Made by a program: the position numbers and the translations under genes. From an uncultured Spirochaetota bacterium (GTDB lineage: Bacteria > Spirochaetota > Spirochaetia > SZUA-6 > Fen-1364): a stretch of DNA of 64,000 bases. Where the stretch lies: the NCBI GenBank assembly GCA_963820525.1, contig CAWGAA010000001.1:2528001-2592000 (forward strand), written 5' to 3'. Of the stretch, positions 9,762 through 19,755 are shown in pieces. Every line of letters begins with the position of its first letter. Position 1 is the stretch's first letter. The notes under the pieces are model-generated. The model had not been told where the DNA came from. It searched no databases and saw only the letters and a program-made list of their open reading frames with translations.

Positions 9762-11014
9762 GAGCGGCTCGCATTCCGGCGGCGCTCCTTCTGGTCCTGA
9801 CCGCCGGCTTCTGCTACGCCCAGGAGCCGCAACGGAGCGCGGGCGCACCGCGCCGAGTCCTCGTCTCGGTCCAGGGGCAGCAGGGGGACGCGTATTCGCC
9901 GGTGGATCTTCTGATCCTTGAAAAATCCCTTGCCCTCGCCCTTCGGGAATCGAGTGAAGAGCTTCACGTCGTGGAGTCCGGCAAATCGGGCTTCCCCGCC
10001 TCGACGGCGCAGCGCAGCGAGGCCGCCCGCGCAATGGGAGCCGACTGCTGGCTGTGGGTGGGAATCTCGGGCTCCCGCGATTCGCCCTCATTCGCCGTGC
10101 AGTCCTTCGATCTTCTGCGCAACGCTATGAGCTTCGAGCAATCCATCCCGCAAGAAGGCCCCATTGTCCTCTCCGGCGCCCGAAGCGCCGCAATGGATCA
10201 GATCGCGCGTCTCATGCTGGAGAATTACGGAGTAGCCCGTACCGCTGCTTCCCCCGAGCCGGGCCAGACCGACCAAGCTCCTCAGAACCCCACGAGCGCC
10301 ATCCTCAGGATCCATGCGCGCCCCGGCACCGCCATCACGGGGCTTCAGGCGGAAAAGATCAAGGTCGGCCTCGATGGAGTGGCCGTGGTGGCGGTCGACG
10401 CTCCCGCCTCGTACATCATCGTGGCGAGACTCTCAGGCTATTATCCGGCCCAGCGGAGCTTCTACGTCGATTCGAGCAGGGACGTGGAGATGAGCCAGGA
10501 GCCGGCCTCCCTCTGGTCGCTGGAGGCCTCCTCATTCAACTCATTCTTTCCCGCCATTGACGCATCGTACTTCTTCGTGCCCAACTGGGCCTACGTGAAG
10601 CTAGGACTGACGAGCTTTCTCTTCGGCCTGCGCTTCGACAACAACGCGATCATCTACAGCTTCCCCCTCATCGACTTCACCCTTCAGGCCGGCAGCTACC
10701 TTGCCCCCGAGGACAGTTTCCTTCGGCCTTACGCGTCCGCCGGCGCCTTTCTCCGCTTCATCTTTCCCCCCGATTTCACGCCGCGCCTTGACCCGGTCTC
10801 TCCCTTCGGGTTTCAGCTCACCCTCGGAAGCGAAGCCCAGGTCACGATGAAGCTGCGGCTTTTTCTCGAGCTTGTCCCCATGCTGTATCTCAGCCGGCAT
10901 ACGGACCTTTTCCTGGCCTCCCTGGGCAGATCCACAGCCGGCGGCTACCTCTTCATGCCTTGGGCCGTGATCGGATTCTCCAACCTGCGATTCGGTTTAA
11001 GGTGGCTGTTATGA
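9758..11014 (+). CDS. Exported protein with PEGA-like linker and probable C-terminal beta-barrel (module A')
   Basis: Signal peptide (FCYA-QE), 'AARAMGADCWLWVGISG' pattern resembling module A, ends LRFGLRWLL; ATGA coupling. Confidence 0.6.
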   Translation: MRAARIPAALLLVLTAGFCYAQEPQRSAGAPRRVLVSVQGQQGDAYSPVDLLILEKSLALALRESSEELHVVESGKSGFPASTAQRSEAARAMGADCWLWVGISGSRDSPSFAVQSFDLLRNAMSFEQSIPQEGPIVLSGARSAAMDQIARLMLENYGVARTAASPEPGQTDQAPQNPTSAILRIHARPGTAITGLQAEKIKVGLDGVAVVAVDAPASYIIVARLSGYYPAQRSFYVDSSRDVEMSQEPASLWSLEASSFNSFFPAIDASYFFVPNWAYVKLGLTSFLFGLRFDNNAIIYSFPLIDFTLQAGSYLAPEDSFLRPYASAGAFLRFIFPPDFTPRLDPVSPFGFQLTLGSEAQVTMKLRLFLELVPMLYLSRHTDLFLASLGRSTAGGYLFMPWAVIGFSNLRFGLRWLL

Positions 11015-12132
11015 CGAGAGCCCTCACGCGCGCAGCGCTTTTTGCATCATTCGCTTTTGCATGCTTTACCTGCGCGCCTCCCTTTGACCCGGAAATCAGC
11101 ATGTCGGTTGTGACCATAGACCGCTTGACGCTGGAGGCAAGCGTTGGCCCCGTCGGAGACTCCTACAGCATCCCGGACGACGAGGCCGTATTGCTTCCGG
11201 TACAAACGTCAGCCGGGATCGACACCCTGAGGGCCTTCATAAGATTCGATAATTCCTCTTCCACCGGGCTCTGGTTCGCCGTCAGCGCGGCGGGCGGCGG
11301 AATCACGATCTACAATCAGCAGACCTGGTGGCGATCATTTGGCGGCGAAGACCCGAACTACCCCGTGTTTCTCCTTCAACCACTGATCAGCGGCGACTCC
11401 ATCGGCATCGTTTCCCTGTATTCGAATTTGTCCTCGGATCAGGTGGATATACAGTACTTCAACGCGGATTCGACTCCTCCGGGGCTTTACAGCCAAGCCG
11501 GCTATCCGGTTGCAGTGAGTTTCGGCGCCTCTTCCACGGCACGAGTGCTCGGAGCGAGCTTCTCTTCCGACCCGACGCATTCCTACAATCCGCTGGTCTG
11601 GCTGCTGGAAGATTCCTCGGGCACATGCTCCGAATACGAATCCTCGATGGGAAGCACGAGCGGATTCATCGCCACCGGAACCGCCGTCAACCCCACCTTC
11701 AGCCTCACGTCGATCCTCCAGGGTTCCACGAAGTGCCTCTACTACCACGTTCCCGGAACCTCGGGCGTGATCAACAAGAGCTGCATCAGCGTGTTCGTAA
11801 ACGGCGGCTGGCAGGCCTGGACGTGGAGCTTCGACTCAAGCGGGAATCTGAATGCCACGCGCTTGACGGGAGTCACGCACCGCATAGATGCCCTGCTGTC
11901 AACGGGTGAGCTTCTTTCCACGGAAGGGGGGATGGGGAGGGTTTACGACCCCTCGGGAAACGGGACACAGCTTGCCGCGTTCCCCCTGGGAAACCTTCGC
12001 TTCGTGTACGAGACTTTCGCGAGCGGCGCCCCAAAGGTCTACTTCTCCCAGATGCTCATCTTGGGAAAGGTCGTCTCCTTCAGGCTCTACTCTATTCCAA
12101 CAGCGGATTTGAAGACGTTGTCCGGCGGCTAA
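11011..12132 (+). CDS. Putative lipoprotein, beta-propeller-like (module B')
   Basis: MTRALTRAALFASFAFACFT-C lipobox; ATGA coupling; Ser/Thr/Gly-rich beta strands. Confidence 0.7.
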   Translation: MTRALTRAALFASFAFACFTCAPPFDPEISMSVVTIDRLTLEASVGPVGDSYSIPDDEAVLLPVQTSAGIDTLRAFIRFDNSSSTGLWFAVSAAGGGITIYNQQTWWRSFGGEDPNYPVFLLQPLISGDSIGIVSLYSNLSSDQVDIQYFNADSTPPGLYSQAGYPVAVSFGASSTARVLGASFSSDPTHSYNPLVWLLEDSSGTCSEYESSMGSTSGFIATGTAVNPTFSLTSILQGSTKCLYYHVPGTSGVINKSCISVFVNGGWQAWTWSFDSSGNLNATRLTGVTHRIDALLSTGELLSTEGGMGRVYDPSGNGTQLAAFPLGNLRFVYETFASGAPKVYFSQMLILGKVVSFRLYSIPTADLKTLSGG

Positions 12133-12137
12133 GCGCC

Positions 12138-14406
12138 TTACCTGAGCAATCCCCGAAGCTCGGTGAGCAGGCTCGTCATGTCGGGGTCTTTTGAATACAG
12201 GGCGAGCTTCTCGTCGAAGAACTTCCGCCGCGCATCGGAGGTGCGGGCGCTGGAAAGCTCGATGACGGCGTCGATGGCGTCCTGAAGGGCTCCGCTTCGC
12301 CCCGCGGACTGGAACCCCTGATCGTACCTCTTTATCCTGGCGAGAAGACCGGGGAACGTATCGTCTACGGGCTTGGAGCCGAGAAACGAGTCGAGATAGG
12401 CCTTGCTGTCCACAAGGCCCCGGACGCCCCTGTCCGCCAGAATCGGATCCTCCAACGAGGTGTAGTCCCGATAGCTCTTGTCCAGCGAGCTGAGCCTCCC
12501 CTGGAGGTCACTTCGGCTTCCGGGAATCCGCGGCCGGGGAGCCTGACTGTCCCGCCTTGTTCAGCTGGGAGGTGAGGGAGTCGATCTGAGCCAGGAGCTT
12601 CTTGTTGTCCTCCTGAGCCTTGTGAAGATCGTCCGAGACTTTCTGCTGCGAGGGGTCAGGCTGCCGCGATGCAAGCTCCTTCTCCAGTGCCGCGATCCGG
12701 GAGGCGAGATCCGCCTGGATTTTTTTCTCTCTTTCAGCGGCCGCCGAGGTGATCCTCTTCACGGCGGAATCGATGCCCCGGGCGGCCTCATCGGTGCGGG
12801 AGCTCAACGGGCAGGCAGCCAGGACTTTCACGTATACGACCAGGGCGTCTTCGGGCCGATCCTGCGCCAGAAAGCCGGCGCCTTGGGCGATGAGGGGCGC
12901 CGCCGCCCGGGATTGCTCCTGCCGCGACCTGCGCGTTTCCCTCTCCACCGCCGCCGCCTCGATATTCGCCATCGTCTTGGCCAGTCTCTCCGAGCTTTCA
13001 GGAAGATACGCGAATGCCTCCCGGTAGGCGGCGAGGGAATCTGCCGTGTTTCCCGCAGCGAGGGCCGCTTCAGCCCGCGCCAGCGCGTCACGCAGGCGCA
13101 GCTGCCGGTTCGCCTCGGTATCCTTCTCGGCTTGAATAAGGAAGGAGAAGCTCTTGACGACGTCGGGGATCACCTGGAGGGCAAGGCCGTAGGATTTCTC
13201 GGCATCCGCGACCCTCCCCTCACGCAGAAAGGCCTCCGCATCGCTCACCCGTGCCCTGATCTCGCCGACCTGATTCGCCGCGTCCACGAGCGAGGAAGTG
13301 TCCGCCTTCTCGCTGGCCTGCTTTTCGCGAACGAGAGCGGCGAGGGAGTCCACGACGAAAAGATCGAACTCACGCCGCTGGGCAATCGCGGGAAGCGAGA
13401 TCACGTCGGGACTGCTCACGTAGTCGCGCACGGCCTGGAGGCTCAGGAGGGCCTTCGGGTAGTCGCTCCTGTCGATGTCGGCCCGGGCAACCTGGTACAG
13501 GCCGATGAGCTGGCCGCTTGCCAGATCCTCCCGCGCCCGCTGGGCTGAGATTGTAGTGAGGACCTGCTCGGCCCGGGCTCTCTCCGATTCCAGGGCCTGC
13601 GTCTTCTGCTCCAGCTGTCGGCGAAGCTCGTCCTCGCGCTTTCGGGAATCAGACAGAACCTGAAGCCTTTCCTCGTTCGCCTTGGCCAAGTTGGCGGTGA
13701 ACTCGGCCTGGAGGCTCTTCAAGCTCTCCTCTGACTTCTTCCTCTCCTGCTCGGCCTGCGTGCGATACGCGTCCAGCTGCCTGGCGAACTCGGCATTCTG
13801 CCTGGCTTCCAGGTCCTGGATCCTCTTCTCGATGGCCCCCTCGGAGAGTCCCTGCCCCTTGAGCTTCTCCCGCTCCGCTTCAAGCTCGCCCGCCATCGCG
13901 TCGCGCAGCTCCTTCTCCCGCTGGCTCACCTTGGCATCCATCGAGGTTTGAAGGTTCTCCCGCTCCCTGTCTATCTCCGTGAGCCGCTGCTGGATCGCGC
14001 CGATCTGGCGGTTCTTCTCCTGCAGCTGCGCTTCGGCATCCTTCTTCACTTCCTCGATGAGCCTGCCCTCTGCCGTGATGGCGGAGGGCTGCTCCCTGCT
14101 TATCCGCGTCTCCCCGCGCTGGAAAAGGAAATAGAAGCCGAGGGCGCAGATGCCCAGGGCAAGGATGGCCGAGACATTGACCGCAATGGGGAAGAGAACG
14201 CCCCGCTTGACGGAGCGAACGACGAACGCCTCCGGCGTGACCTTCATCCTGCTCGCCGTGGCAACCTTTTCGATCTCCTTGAGGATCTCCCTCTGGTCTT
14301 CCTTGGAGATTCCCGATTCGGAGTCGAACTGGATGTCTTCCCGGAGCCTTCCGTCGCGCGAAAGGACGTCCCTGAGTCTATGAGCTTTCGCGAGCAGCCC
14401 GATCAA
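12138..14406 (-). pseudogene. Single-TM coiled-coil/TPR protein split by a 1-nt frameshift near 12510 (or sequencing error)
   Basis: ORF 12508..14406 ends abruptly at ...DSRKPK*; the adjacent frame continues SDLQGRLSSLDKSYRDYTSLEDPIL into ORF 12138..12455. Confidence 0.65.
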
Positions 14407-14470
14407 AGCGGTTTACCCCGGATCAAATTTCGGCGGCCGCCCCTGAGTTCTTGAGCCCGAAGGAGGCGCC

Positions 14471-16129
14471 TCATTTTTCGGTCATCACCTCCACGCCGTC
14501 CCAGGTCGGCGGAGGGGGGTTCTTCTGGTAGGCGATGCAGCGGTTCATGAGAAGGCCGCTCACGTAATCCTCCGGCATGATGATCGACGCGTTTCGAAAA
14601 AGCCCCACCGCCTTCTCGAAGTTGCGCTTATAGTACTCCTCCATGGCGGCATTATGGTAGTCCCAGGCTTCCTTTTCCGCGGCGTCGAGGCCTCTCTTTA
14701 CCGCGTAGATGCGGTCTCCCCTGGTCTTGCCCTTCACCGCAACCAGATCCAAGAGCCTGCAGGGAAGCGCGTCCTTCACCTTCATGTAGAGGCTCTCCGA
14801 GATTATGAGATCCTGATGGTAGAGCTTCGTGAGCCCCTCGAGGCGGGAGGCGAGATTCACCATCTCCCCGATCACGGTGTAGTTCATCTTCTTTTCCGTG
14901 CCGATGTTGCCCACCGTCACCACGCCGTAGTTTATCCCTACGCCGATTCGGAAGGGGCGTTTCCCCGCCGCCGTCTGGCTCTTGTTGAACTCCACCAGCG
15001 CTTCCCCCATCTCGATGCCCGCCATGACGGACTGCAGGGCGTCGTCCTCGTGCTTCACGGGAGCGCCGAAGAACGCCATGATCGCGTCCCCGATGTATTT
15101 GTCGACGATACCGTTTCTCGCCATGATGGTGTCAACCATAACGGTGAAGTAGCGGTTCAAGGCGTTCACCAGGTCATCGGGGGGCATGGTCTCGGAAATC
15201 TGCGTGAAATCCCTGATGTCCGAGAAGAGGACCGAGAGGACCCTGTTTTCACCCACCAGCATCGATTCCGGATTGGAGAAGAACTTCTCGATCACGTCCT
15301 TGGGAACGTACATCTGGAAGATGTTCCTGATCTTCTGCTCCCGCTTCTGGGCGAGCACGGCCTTGAAGGCATAGCTCTTGATCTGCCCATAGGCCTTTTC
15401 GAGTTCGCCAACCATGAGGTTGAAGGTCTGGGCGAGGGTGCCGATCTCGTCGTGGTACTCAACCACGACCCTCTCGGAGAGGTCATTGGTGGAGATGATG
15501 TCCTTCATCGTGTTCATCACCCGGGTGAGAGGCCGGGTGAGGTAGCTCGCGAAGACCAGGATCAGGATGATTCCCAGGGCGATCGAGGCCATGAGGATGA
15601 TGCCGGTGCGCATCGTGATCTCGTTCACCTGCCCGTAGAAGGTGCCGCGCTCCTCTGTCACCATGAGGTACCACCGGAAAGGATCGAACCAGAACCCCTT
15701 TGCCACGCGGTCCTTTCCGCCGAGCCGCAGCGCGAGAAAGTCGCTGTTTCGCGAAGAGATGAGCTTCAGGATGGCGGGCTGCTCGCTTCTGAGGAGCATG
15801 AGCTTGGAGGTGCTCATCGCCGCGCTTCCGTCCTCTGTAAAGGCGACGATCAGCTCCGTGGGGCTTCCGATTATGCTGCGGGCATAGCCTTCCACGGCGG
15901 CCTGGGTGGCGGCCACCATCTCTTTTCTGTCCGTGAGCTTGTTCTCCACCAGGAGCGTCCACTGGCTGGCCGCCTGGTTTTCCAGCTGCAGGGCCTTGAA
16001 GCCGAGAAAGTCCTTTGCGATGCGGCTGATCCCGTTGGTGGCCGAGAAGAAGGAGGATATTCCGGTCAGCACGAGAGTTGCGATTAGCAGGGGCAGGACG
16101 ACAAGGATTATCTTCAAGCGGATGCTCAT
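14471..16129 (-). CDS. Class III adenylate cyclase: 2 TM + extracytoplasmic domain, HAMP, cyclase, C-terminal TPR-like tail
   Basis: FSDIRDFT, VDKYIGD, YTVIGEMVNLASRLEG; Lys/Thr purine determinants (class IIIb type); ATG 16129 (MSIRLKIIL). Confidence 0.92.
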   Translation of the reverse strand: MSIRLKIILVVLPLLIATLVLTGISSFFSATNGISRIAKDFLGFKALQLENQAASQWTLLVENKLTDRKEMVAATQAAVEGYARSIIGSPTELIVAFTEDGSAAMSTSKLMLLRSEQPAILKLISSRNSDFLALRLGGKDRVAKGFWFDPFRWYLMVTEERGTFYGQVNEITMRTGIILMASIALGIILILVFASYLTRPLTRVMNTMKDIISTNDLSERVVVEYHDEIGTLAQTFNLMVGELEKAYGQIKSYAFKAVLAQKREQKIRNIFQMYVPKDVIEKFFSNPESMLVGENRVLSVLFSDIRDFTQISETMPPDDLVNALNRYFTVMVDTIMARNGIVDKYIGDAIMAFFGAPVKHEDDALQSVMAGIEMGEALVEFNKSQTAAGKRPFRIGVGINYGVVTVGNIGTEKKMNYTVIGEMVNLASRLEGLTKLYHQDLIISESLYMKVKDALPCRLLDLVAVKGKTRGDRIYAVKRGLDAAEKEAWDYHNAAMEEYYKRNFEKAVGLFRNASIIMPEDYVSGLLMNRCIAYQKNPPPPTWDGVEVMTEK

Positions 16130-16136
16130 ATCGTAT

Positions 16137-16165
16137 ATTCTAACGTTCGGCAGAATGCCTCTCAA
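16137..16165 (-). promoter_or_regulatory. sigma70-like promoter, probably leaderless
   Basis: TTGAGA-17-TAGAAT, then 7 nt, then ATG 16129; no SD. Confidence 0.65.
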
Positions 16166-16187
16166 TAAGCAGGAAGAGGAGCCTGAG

Positions 16188-16712
16188 ATGGTGCACAGGA
16201 TCGCAGAGAAGATACCGGATACCGGCCGTGCGTCGTTTATTGCGTGGAACGCTGAAGTGTCCGGGAGCGTCACCCTCGGCCGGGACTCCAGCGTTTGGTT
16301 CGGAGCGGCGCTCCGGGGAGACCTGGCCCCGATCGAGGTGGGAGCCCGGAGCAACATCCAGGACAACGCCACGCTCCACGTGGACACGAACGCCCCCTGC
16401 CGCCTCGGTGATGGGGTGACGGTAGGTCACAATGCCATCCTCCATGGCTGTACCGTGGAGGACGGCTGCCTGATCGGCATGGGAGCGGTTGTGCTTACCG
16501 GCGCGCTGATCGGCAGGGAAAGCATCGTGGGAGCGGGAGCGCTCGTGACCGAGGGGAAGAGCTTCCCCCCGCGATCGCTCATCCTGGGAAGCCCCGCCAA
16601 GCTCGTCCGGCAGCTCGATGACGGAGCCGTCGCGAAAAACAGGGAAAACGCGGATGTGTATATCGGCCTCGCGCGCGAGGCTGCGATACAATACGCCGAG
16701 ATGGACGGGTAA
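16188..16712 (+). CDS. Gamma-carbonic anhydrase family protein (YrdA/CaiE-like)
   Basis: Hexapeptide repeats, LRGD, NIQDN, three His ligands (LHVD, VGHNAILHG); AGGAG SD. Confidence 0.92.
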   Translation: MVHRIAEKIPDTGRASFIAWNAEVSGSVTLGRDSSVWFGAALRGDLAPIEVGARSNIQDNATLHVDTNAPCRLGDGVTVGHNAILHGCTVEDGCLIGMGAVVLTGALIGRESIVGAGALVTEGKSFPPRSLILGSPAKLVRQLDDGAVAKNRENADVYIGLAREAAIQYAEMDG

Positions 16713-16720
16713 GGGCGGGG

Positions 16721-18013
16721 CTAGCGGCCGCCGCTTCCCTCTCCCTCGCCCTCAGCATCCTTGACATAGTCGGGATAGAGCTTCTTCATGCACTCGTCGC
16801 ACAGGCCGTGGCTGAACTGGGCTTCCGAATGCTCCTCCACGTACTGCTCGATGTTGCTCCAGTAGCCCTTGTCGTCCCTGATCTTGCGGCAGTTGACGCA
16901 GACGGGAAGGAGGCCGCGGAGCACCTTGATGTCCGCCATGGCGGCCAGGAGCTCCTTGATCAGCCACTCCTTCTCGTTCTCCGCCTGTTTCCTTTCGGTG
17001 ATGTTTCGAAGGATGACCATCCGCCCCCCCAGCTTGCCCCGCCTGCCCCGAAGCGCGGAGATGCGAAGGTCGTACCAGGTGGGGTCCGCTGCCGGAAGGG
17101 GCGTCTCCACCTGAAAATCCTCCTTGCCTTCCGCCAGGGCCAGAGACGGACGGAGGATGGGCAGCGCCTCGAGGGCCGACAGGCCGATCGCTTGTGGTCC
17201 GATCCCGAGAATTGCCTGAGCGGCAAGGTTCACGTCCACGATGCGTCCCTTCTCGTCCATGACGAGAAGGCCGTCGTTCATCCGCTCCAGCAGGGCGGCG
17301 TGAGCTACGGGCATGATATCGAAAAGCTTGAAGCGGGAAATGCCGAAGATGAGCAGCGCGCCGGTGAGCGCGAAGCCGATGACGGGAAAATTGAGACCGG
17401 GAAAAGGGTTTGCGGCCGAGAGGTAGATCGCCTCTCCGATCCAGGGCAGCGCGACGCCCGTCAGGAGAACGACCGTTTGAAGCGCGTAGAGTCTCTGGGA
17501 CCTGAAGGCAAAGCGCGCGAGCACCACCGTCCCGGTCAGGACCACCGACACGTAGTACACCACGGAGATCCAATACCAGAGCCCGTGGCCGTAGATCAGG
17601 ACCGTCTCTCCGGCGACGGTGATTTGCCCAAAGCTCGACCACACCAGCCCGTGAAGCTCATTGGTGGCGGCCAGCGCGATCGTGATGACGGGAATCACCC
17701 AGAGAAGCATCATGCGCACCGGCGTGATCCGCCCTCTCCATCCACTGTACCTGAGGGCAAAGACAAGAAAAAAGGGCGCCACGCTTGCGTTTCCGAGATA
17801 GCTGAGCTTGGCGAACATGATCTTGCCCTGGAATCCATCAGCTGCCGCCGCGAAACTCGCCATCAGGGACCAGATGACCACGGCGCTCATCATGAGCGCG
17901 AAGGAGGTTCCCCCCGGAGAGCTTCGCTTACGAAATGCGACCATGGTAGTGGTTAGGGAAATCAGAGATGCGATCCATAAGACGACGGCATACGGAGTGG
18001 GACTGAGGCTCAT
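16721..18013 (-). CDS. HisKA_7TM-type 7-TM sensor + PAS + C-terminal CxxC...CxxC domain (no kinase core)
   Basis: 7 TM N-terminus; PAS 'DGLLVMDEKGRIVDVNLAA...RNITERK'; tail LLPVCVNCRKIRDDKGYW...FSHGLCDEC. Confidence 0.8.
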   Translation of the reverse strand: MSLSPTPYAVVLWIASLISLTTTMVAFRKRSSPGGTSFALMMSAVVIWSLMASFAAAADGFQGKIMFAKLSYLGNASVAPFFLVFALRYSGWRGRITPVRMMLLWVIPVITIALAATNELHGLVWSSFGQITVAGETVLIYGHGLWYWISVVYYVSVVLTGTVVLARFAFRSQRLYALQTVVLLTGVALPWIGEAIYLSAANPFPGLNFPVIGFALTGALLIFGISRFKLFDIMPVAHAALLERMNDGLLVMDEKGRIVDVNLAAQAILGIGPQAIGLSALEALPILRPSLALAEGKEDFQVETPLPAADPTWYDLRISALRGRRGKLGGRMVILRNITERKQAENEKEWLIKELLAAMADIKVLRGLLPVCVNCRKIRDDKGYWSNIEQYVEEHSEAQFSHGLCDECMKKLYPDYVKDAEGEGEGSGGR

Positions 18014-18072
18014 ACCCCTCCCAGTATAGACCCGCTCTGGAGGAAAGCCAATGGAGAGGCTATGATGAGCGC

Positions 18073-19002
18073 ATGAGCGTTGCCGCGATGGTCTTCACCG
18101 TCCTCGGCCTTTCCCTCTTCGAAACCGTTTCGAGCATTGACAACGCGATCATCAACGCTGAAATCCTCTCCGGCATGCGGGGCAGGGCCCGAAGATGGTT
18201 TCTCACCTGGGGGGTTGCATTCGCCGTCTTCGTACCACGGGGAGTCCTTCCCTGGCTGATAGTCTGGCTCACGGTTCCGGGGCTGGGACCCGTGAAGGCC
18301 CTGACCGCGACCTTTCAAGCTGACCCGATCGTCATTGAAGCAATCGAGCGATCCGCGCCCCCCCTGCTCATGGGCGGGGGAGTGTTCCTCGTGCTGCTCT
18401 TCCTTCATTGGCTCTTTCTCGAGCCGAAGAGCTTCGGGCTGGCTGCGGAGCGGTTTTTCCTCCGCCGCGGCGTCTGGTTCTACGCCGTCGCCTCACTCTT
18501 CCTCGCCGCCACCGTCTGGTTCACGCTTCGCCTGAGCGGGACCGTCGCCTTCGCGGCCGTGATCGGCTCCACCGTATTCTTCATCACCCACGGCTTCAAG
18601 GAGAACGCGGCGGAACAGGAACGGCGCCTTCTCTCCTCGGGCGTTTCAGACCTGAGCAAGATATTCTACCTGGAGATCCTGGATCTCACCTTTTCCGTGG
18701 ACGGGGTCCTGGGGGCGTTTGCCTTCACGCTCTCGGTGCCGCTGATCCTCGTGGGAAACGGGCTGGGCGCCGTCCTGGTCCGACAGATTACGATCGGGAA
18801 CATCGAGCGGATCAAGAGCTACCGCTACCTCAAGAACGGCGCGATGTACTCGATCCTTTTCCTCGGGGTGGTCATGATAGGCGACGGCTTCGGCCTGCGC
18901 CTTCCCTCCTGGCTCTCGCCCGCCATCACCTTCGCCGTGATATCGTTCTTCTTCGCCAAATCCGCGCTCGAGCTCAAGAGAGACGGCATTCGGGAAGAGT
19001 AG
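18073..19002 (+). CDS. TerC-like / DUF475 integral membrane protein
   Basis: FETVSSIDNAIINA and YLEILDLTFSVDGVLGAFA motifs; TATGAT 6 nt before ATG. Confidence 0.88.
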   Translation: MSVAAMVFTVLGLSLFETVSSIDNAIINAEILSGMRGRARRWFLTWGVAFAVFVPRGVLPWLIVWLTVPGLGPVKALTATFQADPIVIEAIERSAPPLLMGGGVFLVLLFLHWLFLEPKSFGLAAERFFLRRGVWFYAVASLFLAATVWFTLRLSGTVAFAAVIGSTVFFITHGFKENAAEQERRLLSSGVSDLSKIFYLEILDLTFSVDGVLGAFAFTLSVPLILVGNGLGAVLVRQITIGNIERIKSYRYLKNGAMYSILFLGVVMIGDGFGLRLPSWLSPAITFAVISFFFAKSALELKRDGIREE

Positions 19003-19008
19003 AAGGCC

Positions 19009-19581
19009 TCAGCGAGACGGCTTCTCCAGAAGATCCTTCAGCCTCCCCAGGGCGCTTGCCCAGAACTCCCGCAGGCGCTCGCTCTCCTGGGCGTTGGCAA
19101 GGCGCGAGTGCTCCACCGTGACCGAGCTCTTGTCCGAGCTCTTCGAGGTGAAGCGGACCTCCACGTTGGTGGAGCCGTTGTTCCAGGCGATGTACAGTGA
19201 CTTTCCGGGAGTCGATGAGCGAATGACGAGCCCCGAGGCATCCAGCCAGGAGCGGCGCAGCGTACCGTCCTGCCAGGCATCGAATGCATGCTCCAGCGGA
19301 GCGCCGATCGTCCGGGAAACCTGGGCCCGGAACCCGGATGTCGTCTGATGCTTTTCGCGCAGCCCCCTCTCCCGTTCGTATTCTACGCTGACCATCTGCT
19401 GCCACCAGGGGGAAAGCCGGTAGCGGGACTTCAGAACGGAAACGATCTGTTTGTGATCCAGATCCTTGGCTCCCGCCGAGTCGAGTATCCGAAACCATTG
19501 TGCCCAGCTCTTGCCTGTCCTGAGAGCGACCGATTTCTCTGAAATAGCCGCGGCGCTCTTCGCGGTTTTTCGTGCGGGCAT
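19009..19581 (-). CDS. DUF4287-like + SRPBCC/AHSA1-like protein
   Basis: RTGKSWAQW...HKQIV N-terminal domain; START-like C-terminal half; GGAGG SD before ATG 19581. Confidence 0.7.
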   Translation of the reverse strand: MPARKTAKSAAAISEKSVALRTGKSWAQWFRILDSAGAKDLDHKQIVSVLKSRYRLSPWWQQMVSVEYERERGLREKHQTTSGFRAQVSRTIGAPLEHAFDAWQDGTLRRSWLDASGLVIRSSTPGKSLYIAWNNGSTNVEVRFTSKSSDKSSVTVEHSRLANAQESERLREFWASALGRLKDLLEKPSR

Positions 19582-19655
19582 GGGGAGACCTCCAGTCAAT
19601 GAACTCTCTCGGGATAAATATACGCGTGCCGCGGCGCACCGGCTTACCGATTCGA

Positions 19656-19684
19656 TTGACTCTTGAAATCGGGGAAAGTACCTT
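19656..19684 (+). promoter_or_regulatory. sigma70-like promoter of the MDR MFS gene
   Basis: TTGACT-17-TACCTT. Confidence 0.5.
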
Positions 19685-19755
19685 TTCCACCATCGCGACA
19701 CCCTCCCCGCGGCGTGGCGAAAACGCGCGGTGAGGAAGAATAAGGAGTCTCTTCG

